DNA of 37,258 bases. Origin: a virus. The DNA lies in IMG/VR virus record IMGVR_UViG_3300045988_061146; one strand, given 5' to 3'. The position numbers and the translations under genes are program-made. The notes beneath the pieces were generated by a model. The model was not told the DNA's origin. It did no database searches and saw only the letters and a list, made by a program, of their open reading frames with translations. The number at the start of each line of letters is the position of its first letter. Positions within the stretch are counted from its first letter, which is position 1. Below, piece by piece: positions 1-8,323 of this stretch.

Positions 1-74
1 AACTTCTTCACGTCCAGACCAGCGGTCTTCACGACGATATTTTCAAGCATTTTCCGAACGGTCATTTTCTTCAT
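1..74 (-). CDS. 5' end (about 25 codons) of a hypothetical early gene. It is a duplicate of 37160..37233 caused by the circular-assembly overlap, and the gene continues off the left edge.
   Basis: Bases 1..99 are identical to 37160..37258. The reverse complement of 1..74 encodes MKKMTVRKMLENIVVKTAGLDVKKF, which matches the N-terminus of ORF 36967..37248. Confidence 0.5.
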   Translation of the reverse strand, partial: MKKMTVRKMLENIVVKTAGLDVKK

Positions 75-196
75 AACCGGGACCCCCACATAAAAAAATT
101 AGACTGTGCGAAGGCCGTTGACCTTTGCACAATCTAATATTAAATCCCGCCTACGCAAAAGTCAAGATTAAATTGTAAAAAACCTGAAAAAAGTTT

Positions 197-1249
197 TTAC
201 CCCAGGGCGGCCAGACCTTCGGCGAAGACTTCGTCAGCGGACCGGAAGCCCAGGATTTCGCGCGGGTAGGCGTTCAGCCAGTCTTCGACGGCCTGGATCT
301 CCTTCTTCGGGACCTGGCCGAAGTCGGTCCCCTTCGGAAACCAGCGCCGGATCATTCTGTTTATGTTCTCATTTGTGCCGCGTTCATAGGAAGAATACGG
401 GTGGCAGTAAAAGACCGTCGTCCGCTTGCCCTTCCGGCGACAGGACCGTTCCAGTCCTTCGACGTCGGCGAACTCGCTTCCGTTATCAACTGTAATCGTT
501 TGAAATATCTTGTAGAAAAGTGTTCCGTATCTGCGCTCAAGGCGATCAAGGGCCGCGACGACGCTTCCGGCGGTCTGGTCCTTCATTTTGATCATGATTT
601 CCTTCCGGGCCTTGCGTTCAGACAGGACCAGAAGCGTTTCCTTCGTCTTCTTCTTGCCTTCGACACAGTCCATTTCCCAGTGTCCGACTTCCTCGCGGGT
701 GTCGATTTCTGGGTCCCGCTTTTCAATGCTCTTTCCGGCCGACGCCCTGGCGGCCTTCTTGTTCTTCTTGACCTTCGTGTAGGGGCGCTTCTGCTTCCCC
801 TTGCATGGAAGGTGAACCATTTCCAGGGTCAGGAACACGCCCTTCTTGATGTAGGAATACAGGGTCGCTTCACAGATCGTTGTGTTGAACTGGATTCCCT
901 TCACCTTGATTTCGCCCAGGACGGCCGCCGGGGAATATCCGTCTTCGACGATCCGGCGTTCAATGTATTCGGCCAGTCGATAGTCCTTCCCGATCTTCAA
1001 GTCTGGACCCTTCGCGGCCAGGTGTTCACGGTATGCGGCTTCGGCTATGTCTGGGCTATACCGTTCTTCTTCGGTCCAGTCTGAATTTCTGTGGGTATAA
1101 CGCCCCCGCTTCAATTCGTTGTATATGGTGTTCCTGTGAACGCCGATTTCGTCGGCGATTTCCTGGACAGACTTTCCGCACTTCAAGAAGGCTTCGATCC
1201 GAAGGCGGTCATTCCAGGATAGATGTCTGAATCTGCGTCGCTTTGCCAT
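197..1249 (-). mobile_element. IS30-family DDE transposase CDS, 351 aa. The likely start is MAKRRRF at 1249, not the ORF-track M at 1378.
   Basis: N-terminal HTH (NDRLRIEAFLKCGKSVQEIADEIGVHRNTIYNELKRG) and a C-terminal DDE-type core (VDNGSEF ... YCHPYSSYERGTNEN) are typical of IS30 transposases. The RBS is GGGGGAAATACAC followed by ATG. The inverted-repeat ends of an IS could not be defined. Confidence 0.75.
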
Positions 1250-1269
1250 GTGTATTTCCCCCTTATAGC

Positions 1270-1313
1270 AAGAAAAAGGCCCCGCCCTCGCTGTTATGGC
1301 AAGGGTGGGGCCT
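1270..1313 (-). terminator. Rho-independent terminator downstream of the XRE repressor gene
   Basis: Stem ggccccgccct / agggtggggcc with a loop, and an A-run on the plus strand that gives a U-run on the minus strand. Confidence 0.55.
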
Positions 1314-1325
1314 TCGTGTGTATGT

Positions 1326-1538
1326 TCAAATAAGTTCGCGCGGGTGGACGCCCAGGGCGTCGGCGATCCGTAGGGCAACGGTCAGGGAAGCGCCTTCGAT
1401 TTTTCGTTCCCCGCTTTCGTACCTCTGGATCGCGCGGATATTGACGCCGGTTTTTTCCGCCAGGGCGGCCTGTGTCAGCCCCCGTTCACAGCGCAAGCGC
1501 GCGACTTTCGTTTCGCTTTTGGTGCTTCCGGATTTCAT
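1326..1538 (-). CDS. XRE-family HTH transcriptional regulator (CI/Cro-like), 70 aa
   Basis: LTQAALAEKTGVNIRAIQRYESGERKIEGASLTVALRIADALGV is a classic HTH_3 sequence. Confidence 0.8.
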   Translation of the reverse strand: MKSGSTKSETKVARLRCERGLTQAALAEKTGVNIRAIQRYESGERKIEGASLTVALRIADALGVHPRELI

Positions 1539-1629
1539 GTCGATCCCGCCTTCCTTTTTGTTCTGCCTACATATTACGACATTTTGGACGTAATGTCAAC
1601 AGAAAAAATCCCACGGTTCTTCCGTGGGA

Positions 1630-1878
1630 TCATTCTTCTTCCGGGTCCAGTAGGTCTTCAATGGGTACTTGAAGAACGGAAGCGAAGGCGCGAAGTTCGT
1701 AGTCCATGACCAGGCGCGCGCCTGATTCGATGTTGCTGATCGCGTCCTGGGCTATGTTCACGCCCTTTGTTTGCATTTTAGCGGCCAGGGTTTCCTGCGA
1801 AATGCGCTTCGCCAGACGTGCCATTCTGACGCGCTCCCCGCAGACATTCCGCCGGCCGTAATAGCCCAAATTCTTCAT
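1630..1878 (-). CDS. XRE-family HTH transcriptional regulator, about 82 aa from MKNLGYY. The ORF-track M at 1929 is an alternative start.
   Basis: The HTH is RVRMARLAKRISQETLAAKMQTKGVNIAQDAISNIESG. The RBS GGGAGGAGCTT sits before ATG at 1878. Confidence 0.7.
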   Translation of the reverse strand: MKNLGYYGRRNVCGERVRMARLAKRISQETLAAKMQTKGVNIAQDAISNIESGARLVMDYELRAFASVLQVPIEDLLDPEEE

Positions 1879-1904
1879 AAGCTCCTCCCTGATTATGGTC
1901 ATGT

Positions 1905-1960
1905 TCAATATTTTATTTGAAGTTACCATAAACTATGGTATTATATTATTGGCATGAACC
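1905..1960 (+). promoter_or_regulatory. Divergent promoter and operator region. A sigma-70-like TTGAAG-N16-TATTAT promoter on the plus strand overlaps a perfect palindrome, TACCATAAACTATGGTA.
   Basis: Read directly from the sequence, between the divergently oriented XRE gene and the plus-strand membrane-protein gene. Confidence 0.5.
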
Positions 1961-1986
1961 ATAATTCCAAAAGGGAGGATTGAAAA

Positions 1987-2643
1987 ATGGGCTGGAAAAT
2001 TGGCGGTGTTCTGACTTTGGTTCTGGCTGGTGTGGCCGCGCTTGTGTCTGCCACGACGCCGGCGGAGTACAAAACAGGGATTGAATGGGGGATCGCGGCG
2101 ATCTTCCTTGTCCTGGCGGTTTTGTGCTTCTGGCGTGGTTCGAAGGCAAGCGCAAGGAAGAAGGCAGAACAGGAAGACAGGAATGAAACGTATATGTCCG
2201 ACCAGGACCTTCAACAGATACAGGCGGGGGAACTCCCTGTTCTGTCTTCGGTCCCTGTGATCCTGGACGACGGCGAACAGGCTCACTTCTTCGCGCCGGC
2301 GCGACGTTATATCACGAAGAAGAAGGCCGTCGGCCGGACCGGTAGCGGCGGCGGGATCAGCGTTCGCGTTGCGAAGGGCGTGTCTGTCCGTTCCGGCGGC
2401 GGGGCCAGTCAGACGGTTTATGATGACGTCACTGACGCCTTCGCCGGCCGTGTGGTTCTGACGAACAGACGGATCGTGTTCCTGGCGGAACAGAACGGCT
2501 TCGAATGTAAACTGTCGGCGATCTCCGCGATCGCGCCGGAAGGCGGTCGGCTTCTGATCCAGGCTGGGTCGAAGTCTTATGGCCTGGCCGTAGCGCAACA
2601 GGGCCACTTCGCGAAGGTTCTTGAAATAGTCGCCAGAAAATAA
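1987..2643 (+). CDS. Membrane protein with two N-terminal TM helices and a bacterial PH (bPH_2-like) domain. It is a candidate superinfection-exclusion or lysogenic-conversion protein.
   Basis: The RBS AAGGGAGGA precedes the ATG. There are hydrophobic N-terminal helices, and the motif VVLTNRRIVFL resembles the bPH core. It is the only substantial plus-strand gene, it sits in the lysogeny module, and it ends at a bidirectional terminator. Confidence 0.6.
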   Translation: MGWKIGGVLTLVLAGVAALVSATTPAEYKTGIEWGIAAIFLVLAVLCFWRGSKASARKKAEQEDRNETYMSDQDLQQIQAGELPVLSSVPVILDDGEQAHFFAPARRYITKKKAVGRTGSGGGISVRVAKGVSVRSGGGASQTVYDDVTDAFAGRVVLTNRRIVFLAEQNGFECKLSAISAIAPEGGRLLIQAGSKSYGLAVAQQGHFAKVLEIVARK

Positions 2644-2684
2644 AAAAGGGCGGACGGGTGTTTCCCGTCCGCCTTTCTCATTTC
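2643..2684. terminator. Bidirectional rho-independent terminator
   Basis: aaaaaa GGGCGGACGGG tgtttc CCCGTCCGCC tttctcattt: a perfect 10-11 bp GC stem flanked by an A-run and a T-run. Confidence 0.8.
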
Positions 2685-3163
2685 ATGCGCTTGTTGATTT
2701 CCCTGGTGATCTTTCGGCTGACTCTGGCTTGCTGGTTGTTCTTTGTCCGCTTCACGGCTCGTTCCATAGTGAAATGGCCGCGCACATATCCGCCCTTCGG
2801 GCCGACGAACATTCCGCCTTCCGGGTCGTCCCGGTTATAGACGAATGTGTGGCCTTCCCAGTGACCAGGGACGAAGTGACTTCGGAATCCATGTTCCAGG
2901 TGGCTGGCATAGTCCAGGGGGTTGTAAAAACGGACGATGAACCGGCGGCCGGCGCGCTTCGCGGTCTGGTCGCTTTTCCAGTTCCGACGGTAGTCGCCAG
3001 TGTTGACGATGTCCGGAACGTCGGTTGTGCAAATTTTCCTTGCTTCTCCGACGGCGTACACGCCTTCGCCGACAGCGATCTTTGACATGATTTCCGGAAC
3101 TTCATCGGTCAGGGTTTGAAGGCCGCCGATAAACTGGACCAGGTCGTTCTTTTTTACGCTCAC
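2678..3163 (-). CDS. HK97 gp10-family phage protein, 161 aa, with a C-terminal extension
   Basis: TGDYRRNW and DYASHLEHG resemble the gp10 motifs (TGxLRNSI, EYAxYVEFG). It is the last gene of the late operon. Confidence 0.45.
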   Translation of the reverse strand: MSVKKNDLVQFIGGLQTLTDEVPEIMSKIAVGEGVYAVGEARKICTTDVPDIVNTGDYRRNWKSDQTAKRAGRRFIVRFYNPLDYASHLEHGFRSHFVPGHWEGHTFVYNRDDPEGGMFVGPKGGYVRGHFTMERAVKRTKNNQQARVSRKITREINKRMK

Positions 3164-3181
3164 GGCGCGCCCTCCTTTCTG

Positions 3182-4081
3182 TTAGACCTTGCGGAGATTG
3201 GCGGCGTTGACTGCCGCCGTGACGGTAGCGCCGATGCCGATCACGACGCGGGCGCCGCTGACCTGGATCACGTCGTAGGTGTCATAGTAGGTTCGGAACG
3301 GCTTCCCGTCATAGGTGACGGCGTTCAGGACCTTCACCCTGTCGCCCTTCTTCAAGGCCGCCGGCGCGGTGCTGGCCGGAATCTTGATCTTCTGGCCGAC
3401 GCGGATCGCGTTCGGGTTCTTGATCCCGTTGTAGGCCGCGATCGCCTGATAGGTGGTCCCATACTTGGCCGCGATCTGGGACAGCGTGTCGCCCTTCTTC
3501 ACTGTGTAGACGGTCACGCCCTGGGCGGCTCCGGCGTCAGGGGCGGTGTCTGCCACGCCCAGGCGGCGGTTCACTTCGGCCGCGATCTCCCCGTGTCGGT
3601 TATACAGATAGTCGCCAGGACAGGACTTGTTCGCGTAATCACGATGAACGGTCATATTACAGCCGTTTTTGTGGTTCACGCGGTCCGCCTTCTTGGTGGA
3701 CCACACAAGTTTCTTGATCCCGTTTCGCTTACAGATGTCGGTCACAAGGTCGAGAAGGGCGGCGAAGGCCCTGTTATTTACGGCGTAGGGGTGTTTGGTG
3801 TCACTGGCGACCTCGATCGTCACGGCGCGGTTATCGTTCGCGGCGTTGGAACTGCACCAGGAACGGTCCTTTTCCTCCACATACATTCCGATCTTGCCGT
3901 CGGTTCCGACCCCATAGTTCGAAGACGCCTGGCGCGACGTAGGGGCGAAGATATTCCCCAGGGTTTCGACCGTACACTGACCGTCTACACAATGAATTGT
4001 GATCGTGTCGATCTTGTGGTTTCTGGGGCTGTTCTTATTGGGTGAAATGCGGGTATAGTCCACAAGTGGGCTGTTACTCAT
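3182..4081 (-). CDS. Endolysin: N-acetylmuramoyl-L-alanine amidase (Amidase_2/PGRP) plus a LysM domain and a C-terminal SH3-like domain
   Basis: ITIHCVDGQ...NYGVG...CPG matches the amidase_2 signature. The LysM sequence is [44 protein letters not shown]. Confidence 0.9.
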   Translation of the reverse strand: MSNSPLVDYTRISPNKNSPRNHKIDTITIHCVDGQCTVETLGNIFAPTSRQASSNYGVGTDGKIGMYVEEKDRSWCSSNAANDNRAVTIEVASDTKHPYAVNNRAFAALLDLVTDICKRNGIKKLVWSTKKADRVNHKNGCNMTVHRDYANKSCPGDYLYNRHGEIAAEVNRRLGVADTAPDAGAAQGVTVYTVKKGDTLSQIAAKYGTTYQAIAAYNGIKNPNAIRVGQKIKIPASTAPAALKKGDRVKVLNAVTYDGKPFRTYYDTYDVIQVSGARVVIGIGATVTAAVNAANLRKV

Positions 4082-4493
4082 AGTTGATCACTTCCTTTTC
4101 TTTTCCTTGGGCGTCGGACGTGCCGGCGTTCAGGATTTCGGTGAACTTCACGAAGGCTTCCTTGATGTACTTGCAGGACACCAGAAGAACCGCGCCGATG
4201 ATCACCAGGTCAGCGAAAAGGTCGGTGTACTCCTGGGGGATCGCCCAGCCGACTTCGTTCGCAAACAGGGGAAGTGTGGTCAAGGCCACACACAACAGGG
4301 TCAGGCCGATCACGAAGGTCGCGATCTTGTAGGCGCTGTTGATCAACTTTTCGCGGTCGAATGGCTCGTGAAGAAGTTTGATGTTGTACCACAGGGAGAA
4401 GGTGACGTTCGCCAGGTATGCAGACAGGAAGATCAGCATAGACCAGCCGATACTCACCAGATTTTCGACGATACTGTTAAACATAGGGGTCAC
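4074..4493 (-). CDS. Holin (multi-TM small membrane protein), 139 aa
   Basis: Three predicted TM segments and a position immediately upstream of the endolysin. Confidence 0.7.
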   Translation of the reverse strand: MTPMFNSIVENLVSIGWSMLIFLSAYLANVTFSLWYNIKLLHEPFDREKLINSAYKIATFVIGLTLLCVALTTLPLFANEVGWAIPQEYTDLFADLVIIGAVLLVSCKYIKEAFVKFTEILNAGTSDAQGKEKEVINYE

Positions 4494-4759
4494 GCCTCCT
4501 TTGTGTCGTTGTAGATTTCCGGGCCATACTTCTTCCGAAGTTTGATCCGGTTTTCCGCTTTGGCTTTCGAATAATAAAAGCCGGTGGCGGCCGCAGTTTC
4601 AGCGAAGACAGCGGGGATCAGATAGGCAAGGGGCGACGTGTCGCCAGTCCTCCACACCATGATCAAGGTGAAGGCGGTCACGACGATCGTGACCGCCTTC
4701 ACGGTGGAAATGATGGTTTTGGAAAACTCCCGCTTTTTCGCGCGCCTTCCGCCTGTCAT
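4490..4759 (-). CDS. Small two-TM membrane protein, a second holin or antiholin candidate
   Basis: Hydrophobic helices (VKAVTIVVTAFTLIMVW, AYLIPAVFAETAAATGFYY) and an ATGA overlap with neighbouring lysis genes. Confidence 0.55.
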   Translation of the reverse strand: MTGGRRAKKREFSKTIISTVKAVTIVVTAFTLIMVWRTGDTSPLAYLIPAVFAETAAATGFYYSKAKAENRIKLRKKYGPEIYNDTKEA

Positions 4760-5001
4760 GCCCTGTTCTCCAGGTTTTCCAAATCTTCGATCCTGTGGTT
4801 CGCGACCTTGATTTTTTCTTCAAGGACGGCCTGGGCTTCTTCCAGACCGTAGGTTCGTTCGACCACAGAATTATGTTTGTCGACCTTCTTTTCCAGTTCT
4901 TCCAGGCGGTAGGCGATCAGGGCGGAACTTCGCTTATTTGCAAAATAAGAACCGCCCAGAGTCCCCAAAAGGGACAGGACGGCTATAATAATTCCTTCCA
5001 T
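4756..5001 (-). CDS. XhlA-like membrane-anchored coiled-coil protein (lysis accessory)
   Basis: An N-terminal TM helix followed by a coiled coil (ELEKKVDKHN...EEKIKVANHRIEDLENLE). Its position matches XhlA in PBSX-like lysis cassettes. Confidence 0.45.
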   Translation of the reverse strand: MEGIIIAVLSLLGTLGGSYFANKRSSALIAYRLEELEKKVDKHNSVVERTYGLEEAQAVLEEKIKVANHRIEDLENLENRA

Positions 5002-5063
5002 TTCATTTTCTCCCTTCGAAGAATAAGGGCGTCCCCGGTTGTGGGGACGCCCGTTCTTCCTGG

Positions 5064-5189
5064 TTACTGGGCGTCAATATAGCCCATTTCTACCAGGTAC
5101 GCCTTCACGCGCTCACGAAGACCGCGCGGGACGTCGTCGATCGTGATCTTTTCAAGGATCACTTCGCCAGCATACAGACGAACCAACAT
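5064..5189 (-). CDS. XkdX-like small protein, 41 aa from the internal M
   Basis: MLVRLYAGEVILEKITIDDVPRGLRERVKAYLVEMGYI. The RBS is AAGGAGGTG-N6-ATG. Confidence 0.5.
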   Translation of the reverse strand: MLVRLYAGEVILEKITIDDVPRGLRERVKAYLVEMGYIDAQ

Positions 5190-5248
5190 TTGAAGCACCT
5201 CCTTCCCAAACAGGATTTTCACAAGGAATATAAAAACGGCGGACCACA

Positions 5249-5386
5249 TTAGGCCACCCCGTTTTCCGTGTTATTCTCCGCCTTGATAGCGGATTCGACT
5301 TTCTCGCGAAGTCTGGCGGGAACTTCGTCGATCTTCATGTTCCCGGAAGACACTTCGCGGACGTACAATTCTACAAGTGCGCTCAT
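5249..5386 (-). CDS. Second XkdX-like small protein, 45 aa, paralogous to 5064..5189. It is not in the ORF track because it is under 60 aa.
   Basis: I translated it as MSALVELYVREVSSGNMKIDEVPARLREKVESAIKAENNTENGVA. It shares the motif I/K-IDxVPxxLRExV with its neighbour. Confidence 0.45.
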   Translation of the reverse strand: MSALVELYVREVSSGNMKIDEVPARLREKVESAIKAENNTENGVA

Positions 5387-5429
5387 TTTTGACCTTCTTT
5401 CTTTACGCGAACACGACGTCGCAGATTTC

Positions 5430-5540
5430 CATAATGCACCCTTTCAGAAGTTCATTTTCGGATTGCAGTTGTTCAATGGTCTGTTCCGACTCCGTTTTCG
5501 GGTTCATTGGTACGAAGTCACATTCTTTCGGATCAAACAT
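5430..5540 (-). CDS. Small hypothetical ORF, 36 aa, with a strong RBS
   Basis: GGAGGGAGAACC precedes the ATG. The translation is MFDPKECDFVPMNPKTESEQTIEQLQSENELLKGCH. Confidence 0.3.
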
Positions 5541-5553
5541 GGTTCTCCCTCCT

Positions 5554-7260
5554 TTATGCGAAACGGACCGTCGCCTGGATCACTTCGATCTGCTGGGTCC
5601 CCTTCGTCAGATAGAAGCGATAGGCCAGGCCGAAGCCCTTTGCGACGGTGGTATTCTTGAACGTGTGGACGAACTTCCCGACCTTGCTTGTGACGTCCTC
5701 CCAGACAGGGGCCGTGTCGAACGGGTTGTTCGTGACCTCGACGTGAAGGGTCGCGTCGGCCGGGTGGTCGGTGGGGTACAAGGACAGGAAGACCTTCGTC
5801 ACCTTCGCGTCGGTGGAGATCGCGCGGGACGCGGCGATCCTGTTGACGGTTCGGGTGAAGGTGATCTGGCGGGTTGCGCTTCCGCCAGCTCCGTCAGTGA
5901 CATAGATTTTCAGAACGTGGGTCCCGGTCAAAAGGCGAAGCCACACGCCGGACAGGTCCGCCGTGTTCTGGTGACCGCTGGTCGCCGTATAGGTCCGAAG
6001 GGTGATGGTTTCCGACCCGTTGGTCACGGTTTCCGTAACGGTCAACGTCTGGGACGCCGCTTCGCCGTCGGTGACGGTGTACTGGTGGGAGAACGGGGCC
6101 GTCTTCGCGCCGACATTCTGGTCGCTTCCGCTGATCACGGGGTTCGTGTTGTAGGAAATGGCCTGGGCGTTTCCGGTCCTGTATGCAGATTCAGCGCCGT
6201 TCGCGTCGACCGCCTTCACGCGGACCTGATAGTTTGTCCCACTCGACGGGACCGTGTCTGTGATGGATTTCGCCGACGTGATCCCGATCTGGGTGTAGGC
6301 TCCGGAATCGACCCGGCGTTCCCAGACATAACTGATCGCGTTCCCCTCCGGATCGGTGGACCCGCCGGTGGAGATCGTCAACTTCTGGCCGGCGCGCGGG
6401 GTCCCGTGGGAGATGGACGACGGGGTGGTGGGTGGCTGGTTCCATTGAAGGATATAAGCCCCGTCTGTATCCGTTGTATCAGATACCAGAGTGTCAGGGG
6501 CCAAAAATAAAGCCGGGCGAACGCCGTAGTCGCCGCCGCACGCACTGTTCCAGTACAGACTGCCGTCGGAATTGACATTCCGCACGTAGTACGCGTAGCC
6601 GGCGTGCGGGGTCAGAAGCCACCACCACCAGGGGGACGAAGTGTTCAGGTTGGAACTGGTATATTCGGACTTGCTGACCGCTTCCGCCGTCGGGTATGCA
6701 AGGCGGCTGTTGTTGTCGGTGAACAGGGGCCACTTCGTTCCCTCTGCGATCCCGTTTTCGTTGCCCAGGCCGACTTCGGTCATAGTCAGAAGACGGACCT
6801 TCCGCGTGATTCGCTCCGAACCGCCGCCGTCGGTGACGGTGTTTTTCGCGACGGTGATCGTGTCATTCAGAAGGGCGTTTCGGAAGTCGGCTTCGAAGAA
6901 GGACAGGAAGCCGGCTTCGGCCTGGTATTCGTTGTAGTTGGACCAGACGTTCGCGTTATCAGGCGGGGCGTCCTGTCCGTGCTGGGCGCTGTACCAGCCG
7001 CCAGGGCCGGCGGCACTGTTCAGCCATTGAAGAAGGTTCGCCACGGCGGCGCGGTTGTTGCCGTAATTTCTGCGGTCGCTGTTGCTGTTGTTCGGCTCTT
7101 TCGCGTCGAAGCATTTCAGGGAAATAATTCGCTCCGTCACCAGGCCAACGCGGTCGGAAGACTGGCGGCCGACTTTGAAGCGGATCACAGCGCCGTTATA
7201 CTTCGTGTTGACCGATTTCACCACCGCGCCGACGGGCAACGTCGACAATTTTTTCGACAT
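5554..7260 (-). CDS. DGR target protein 1. It has a C-type-lectin/DUF1566-like variable domain (residues about 60-255, VR1 at 217-250) followed by FN3/Ig-like beta domains. It is a putative tail fibre or receptor-binding protein.
   Basis: The motif SSPWWWWLLTPHAGYAYYVRNVNSDGSLYWNSACGGDYGVRPALFL (WW...VRP) is typical of lectin-fold DGR VRs. It contains VR1 (6513..6612). The RBS is AAATGGAGGAATACC followed by ATG. The gene sits in tail-fibre position between the baseplate genes and the lysis cassette. Confidence 0.8.
   Translation of the reverse strand: MSKKLSTLPVGAVVKSVNTKYNGAVIRFKVGRQSSDRVGLVTERIISLKCFDAKEPNNSNSDRRNYGNNRAAVANLLQWLNSAAGPGGWYSAQHGQDAPPDNANVWSNYNEYQAEAGFLSFFEADFRNALLNDTITVAKNTVTDGGGSERITRKVRLLTMTEVGLGNENGIAEGTKWPLFTDNNSRLAYPTAEAVSKSEYTSSNLNTSSPWWWWLLTPHAGYAYYVRNVNSDGSLYWNSACGGDYGVRPALFLAPDTLVSDTTDTDGAYILQWNQPPTTPSSISHGTPRAGQKLTISTGGSTDPEGNAISYVWERRVDSGAYTQIGITSAKSITDTVPSSGTNYQVRVKAVDANGAESAYRTGNAQAISYNTNPVISGSDQNVGAKTAPFSHQYTVTDGEAASQTLTVTETVTNGSETITLRTYTATSGHQNTADLSGVWLRLLTGTHVLKIYVTDGAGGSATRQITFTRTVNRIAASRAISTDAKVTKVFLSLYPTDHPADATLHVEVTNNPFDTAPVWEDVTSKVGKFVHTFKNTTVAKGFGLAYRFYLTKGTQQIEVIQATVRFA
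6513..6612 (-). repeat. DGR variable repeat VR1, cognate to the TR at 8492..8591
   Basis: It is a 100-bp copy of the TR. All 10 mismatches fall at positions that are adenine on the coding (minus) strand of the TR. Confidence 0.85.
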
Positions 7261-8323
7261 GGTATTCCTCCATTTCTTTTTTGAACAGGTCGTAGAACAG
7301 TTCGTTCGTCTGCCTGATCAAGTGATAACTGTTTCCGTGTTCAGCGTGGCCGGTCCAGGAAGAATATGACTGGACCACGGTTTCGAAGTCGATCCGCCCT
7401 TCGTCCAGAAGGTGACGGAACTTCTTCAACTTCCGCCTGATCCGATTCTTGCTGTCGCGGCGTATCTTGCGGACGACTTTCCCGCTGTCCGTCATGTACG
7501 TCCGGAAGCCCAGGAAGTCGATCCCCTGGGTCAGCGGGAACACGGCCGTTTTGTGATTCAACTCCAGCCCCAGCGGGACCAGGAACTTTTTGATTTCTTC
7601 CAGACAGTAAATCAGATAGTCCTTGTCCGGGTGGATCAGGAAGAAGTCGTCCATATATCGGCCGTAAAACTTGATTCCCAGACGTTCCTTGATCATGTGG
7701 TCCAGGCCGGACAGGTACAGGACCGCGAACCATTGTGAAGTGTGGTTCCCGATCGGGATTCCCGGTCCTTCCGTGGAGTCGATAATCAAGTCAAGAAGCC
7801 ACAACACGCCGGGATCGTCGATGATCCGGCGAAGTTGTGACTTCAAAACGTCGTGATTGATACTGTAAAAGTATTTTCTTATGTCACACTTCAAGACCCA
7901 GCCGTCCGCCCCGAACTGCCTGTAATATCGTTGCATGAACGCTTTCAGACGGTCCAGGCCGAAATGTGTTCCTTTGCCTTTCTGACTGGCGTAGTTGTCA
8001 AATATGAACGTCTTCGCAAGGCGCGGTTCCAGGACATTGTCGCATAGGCTGTGCTGAATAATTTTGTCCCGGAAGCCGTTATACATGATCAGGCGTTCCT
8101 TCGGTTCATGGACCAGGAAGTAATTGTAGGGCGAAGGGCGGTATTTCCGCGACGTCAGAAGGAAGTGAAGGGCCATTAGATTTTCCAACAGGTTCGCTTC
8201 GAAACGGACGACAGCGTATTTCCACCGCTTTCCCTTGCACGCTTCCAGATAGGCAGAATAAAGCCGGTTAAAATCTGCCATGACTTCAAAGTCAGAAGGC
8301 GGTTTCTGTTCAGTGTTCTTCAT
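7196..8323 (-). CDS. brt: DGR reverse transcriptase, 375 aa
   Basis: The RT palm motif YMDD (GRYMDDFFLI) and the DGR-specific IGNHTSQ motif are present, in place of the QGxxxSP of retron or group II RTs. It is adjacent to the TR and avd. Confidence 0.9.
   Translation of the reverse strand: MKNTEQKPPSDFEVMADFNRLYSAYLEACKGKRWKYAVVRFEANLLENLMALHFLLTSRKYRPSPYNYFLVHEPKERLIMYNGFRDKIIQHSLCDNVLEPRLAKTFIFDNYASQKGKGTHFGLDRLKAFMQRYYRQFGADGWVLKCDIRKYFYSINHDVLKSQLRRIIDDPGVLWLLDLIIDSTEGPGIPIGNHTSQWFAVLYLSGLDHMIKERLGIKFYGRYMDDFFLIHPDKDYLIYCLEEIKKFLVPLGLELNHKTAVFPLTQGIDFLGFRTYMTDSGKVVRKIRRDSKNRIRRKLKKFRHLLDEGRIDFETVVQSYSSWTGHAEHGNSYHLIRQTNELFYDLFKKEMEEYHVEKIVDVARRRGGEIGQHEV

Noticed and set aside
190-215. 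Possible IS30 terminal inverted repeats (agggcgg / ccgccct motifs at about 200 and about 1285)
   Set aside because: Only 7-8 bp of imperfect complementarity. The 1270..1313 element is better explained as the XRE-gene terminator. I kept it as an open question in the findings rather than calling it a feature.
1249-1378. N-terminal 43-codon extension of the transposase ORF (MPYGSPTPWAS...)
   Set aside because: It overlaps the XRE gene and its terminator. A good RBS precedes the internal MAKRRRF start, which matches IS30 transposase N-termini.
1933-2607. A 224-aa minus-strand ORF overlapping the plus-strand membrane-protein gene
   Set aside because: Arg/Pro-rich antisense junk. The plus-strand gene has a strong RBS, TM helices and a recognisable domain.
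6604-7284. Long plus-strand ORFs antisense to the DGR target and TR (6604..7284, 8386..8607, 8433..8783, 31136..31792). They share peptide strings such as ANAVVAVVRI.
   Set aside because: They are reverse-strand read-throughs of the TR and VR repeat copies. They are Arg/Val/Gly-rich, have no RBS, and overlap well-supported minus-strand genes.
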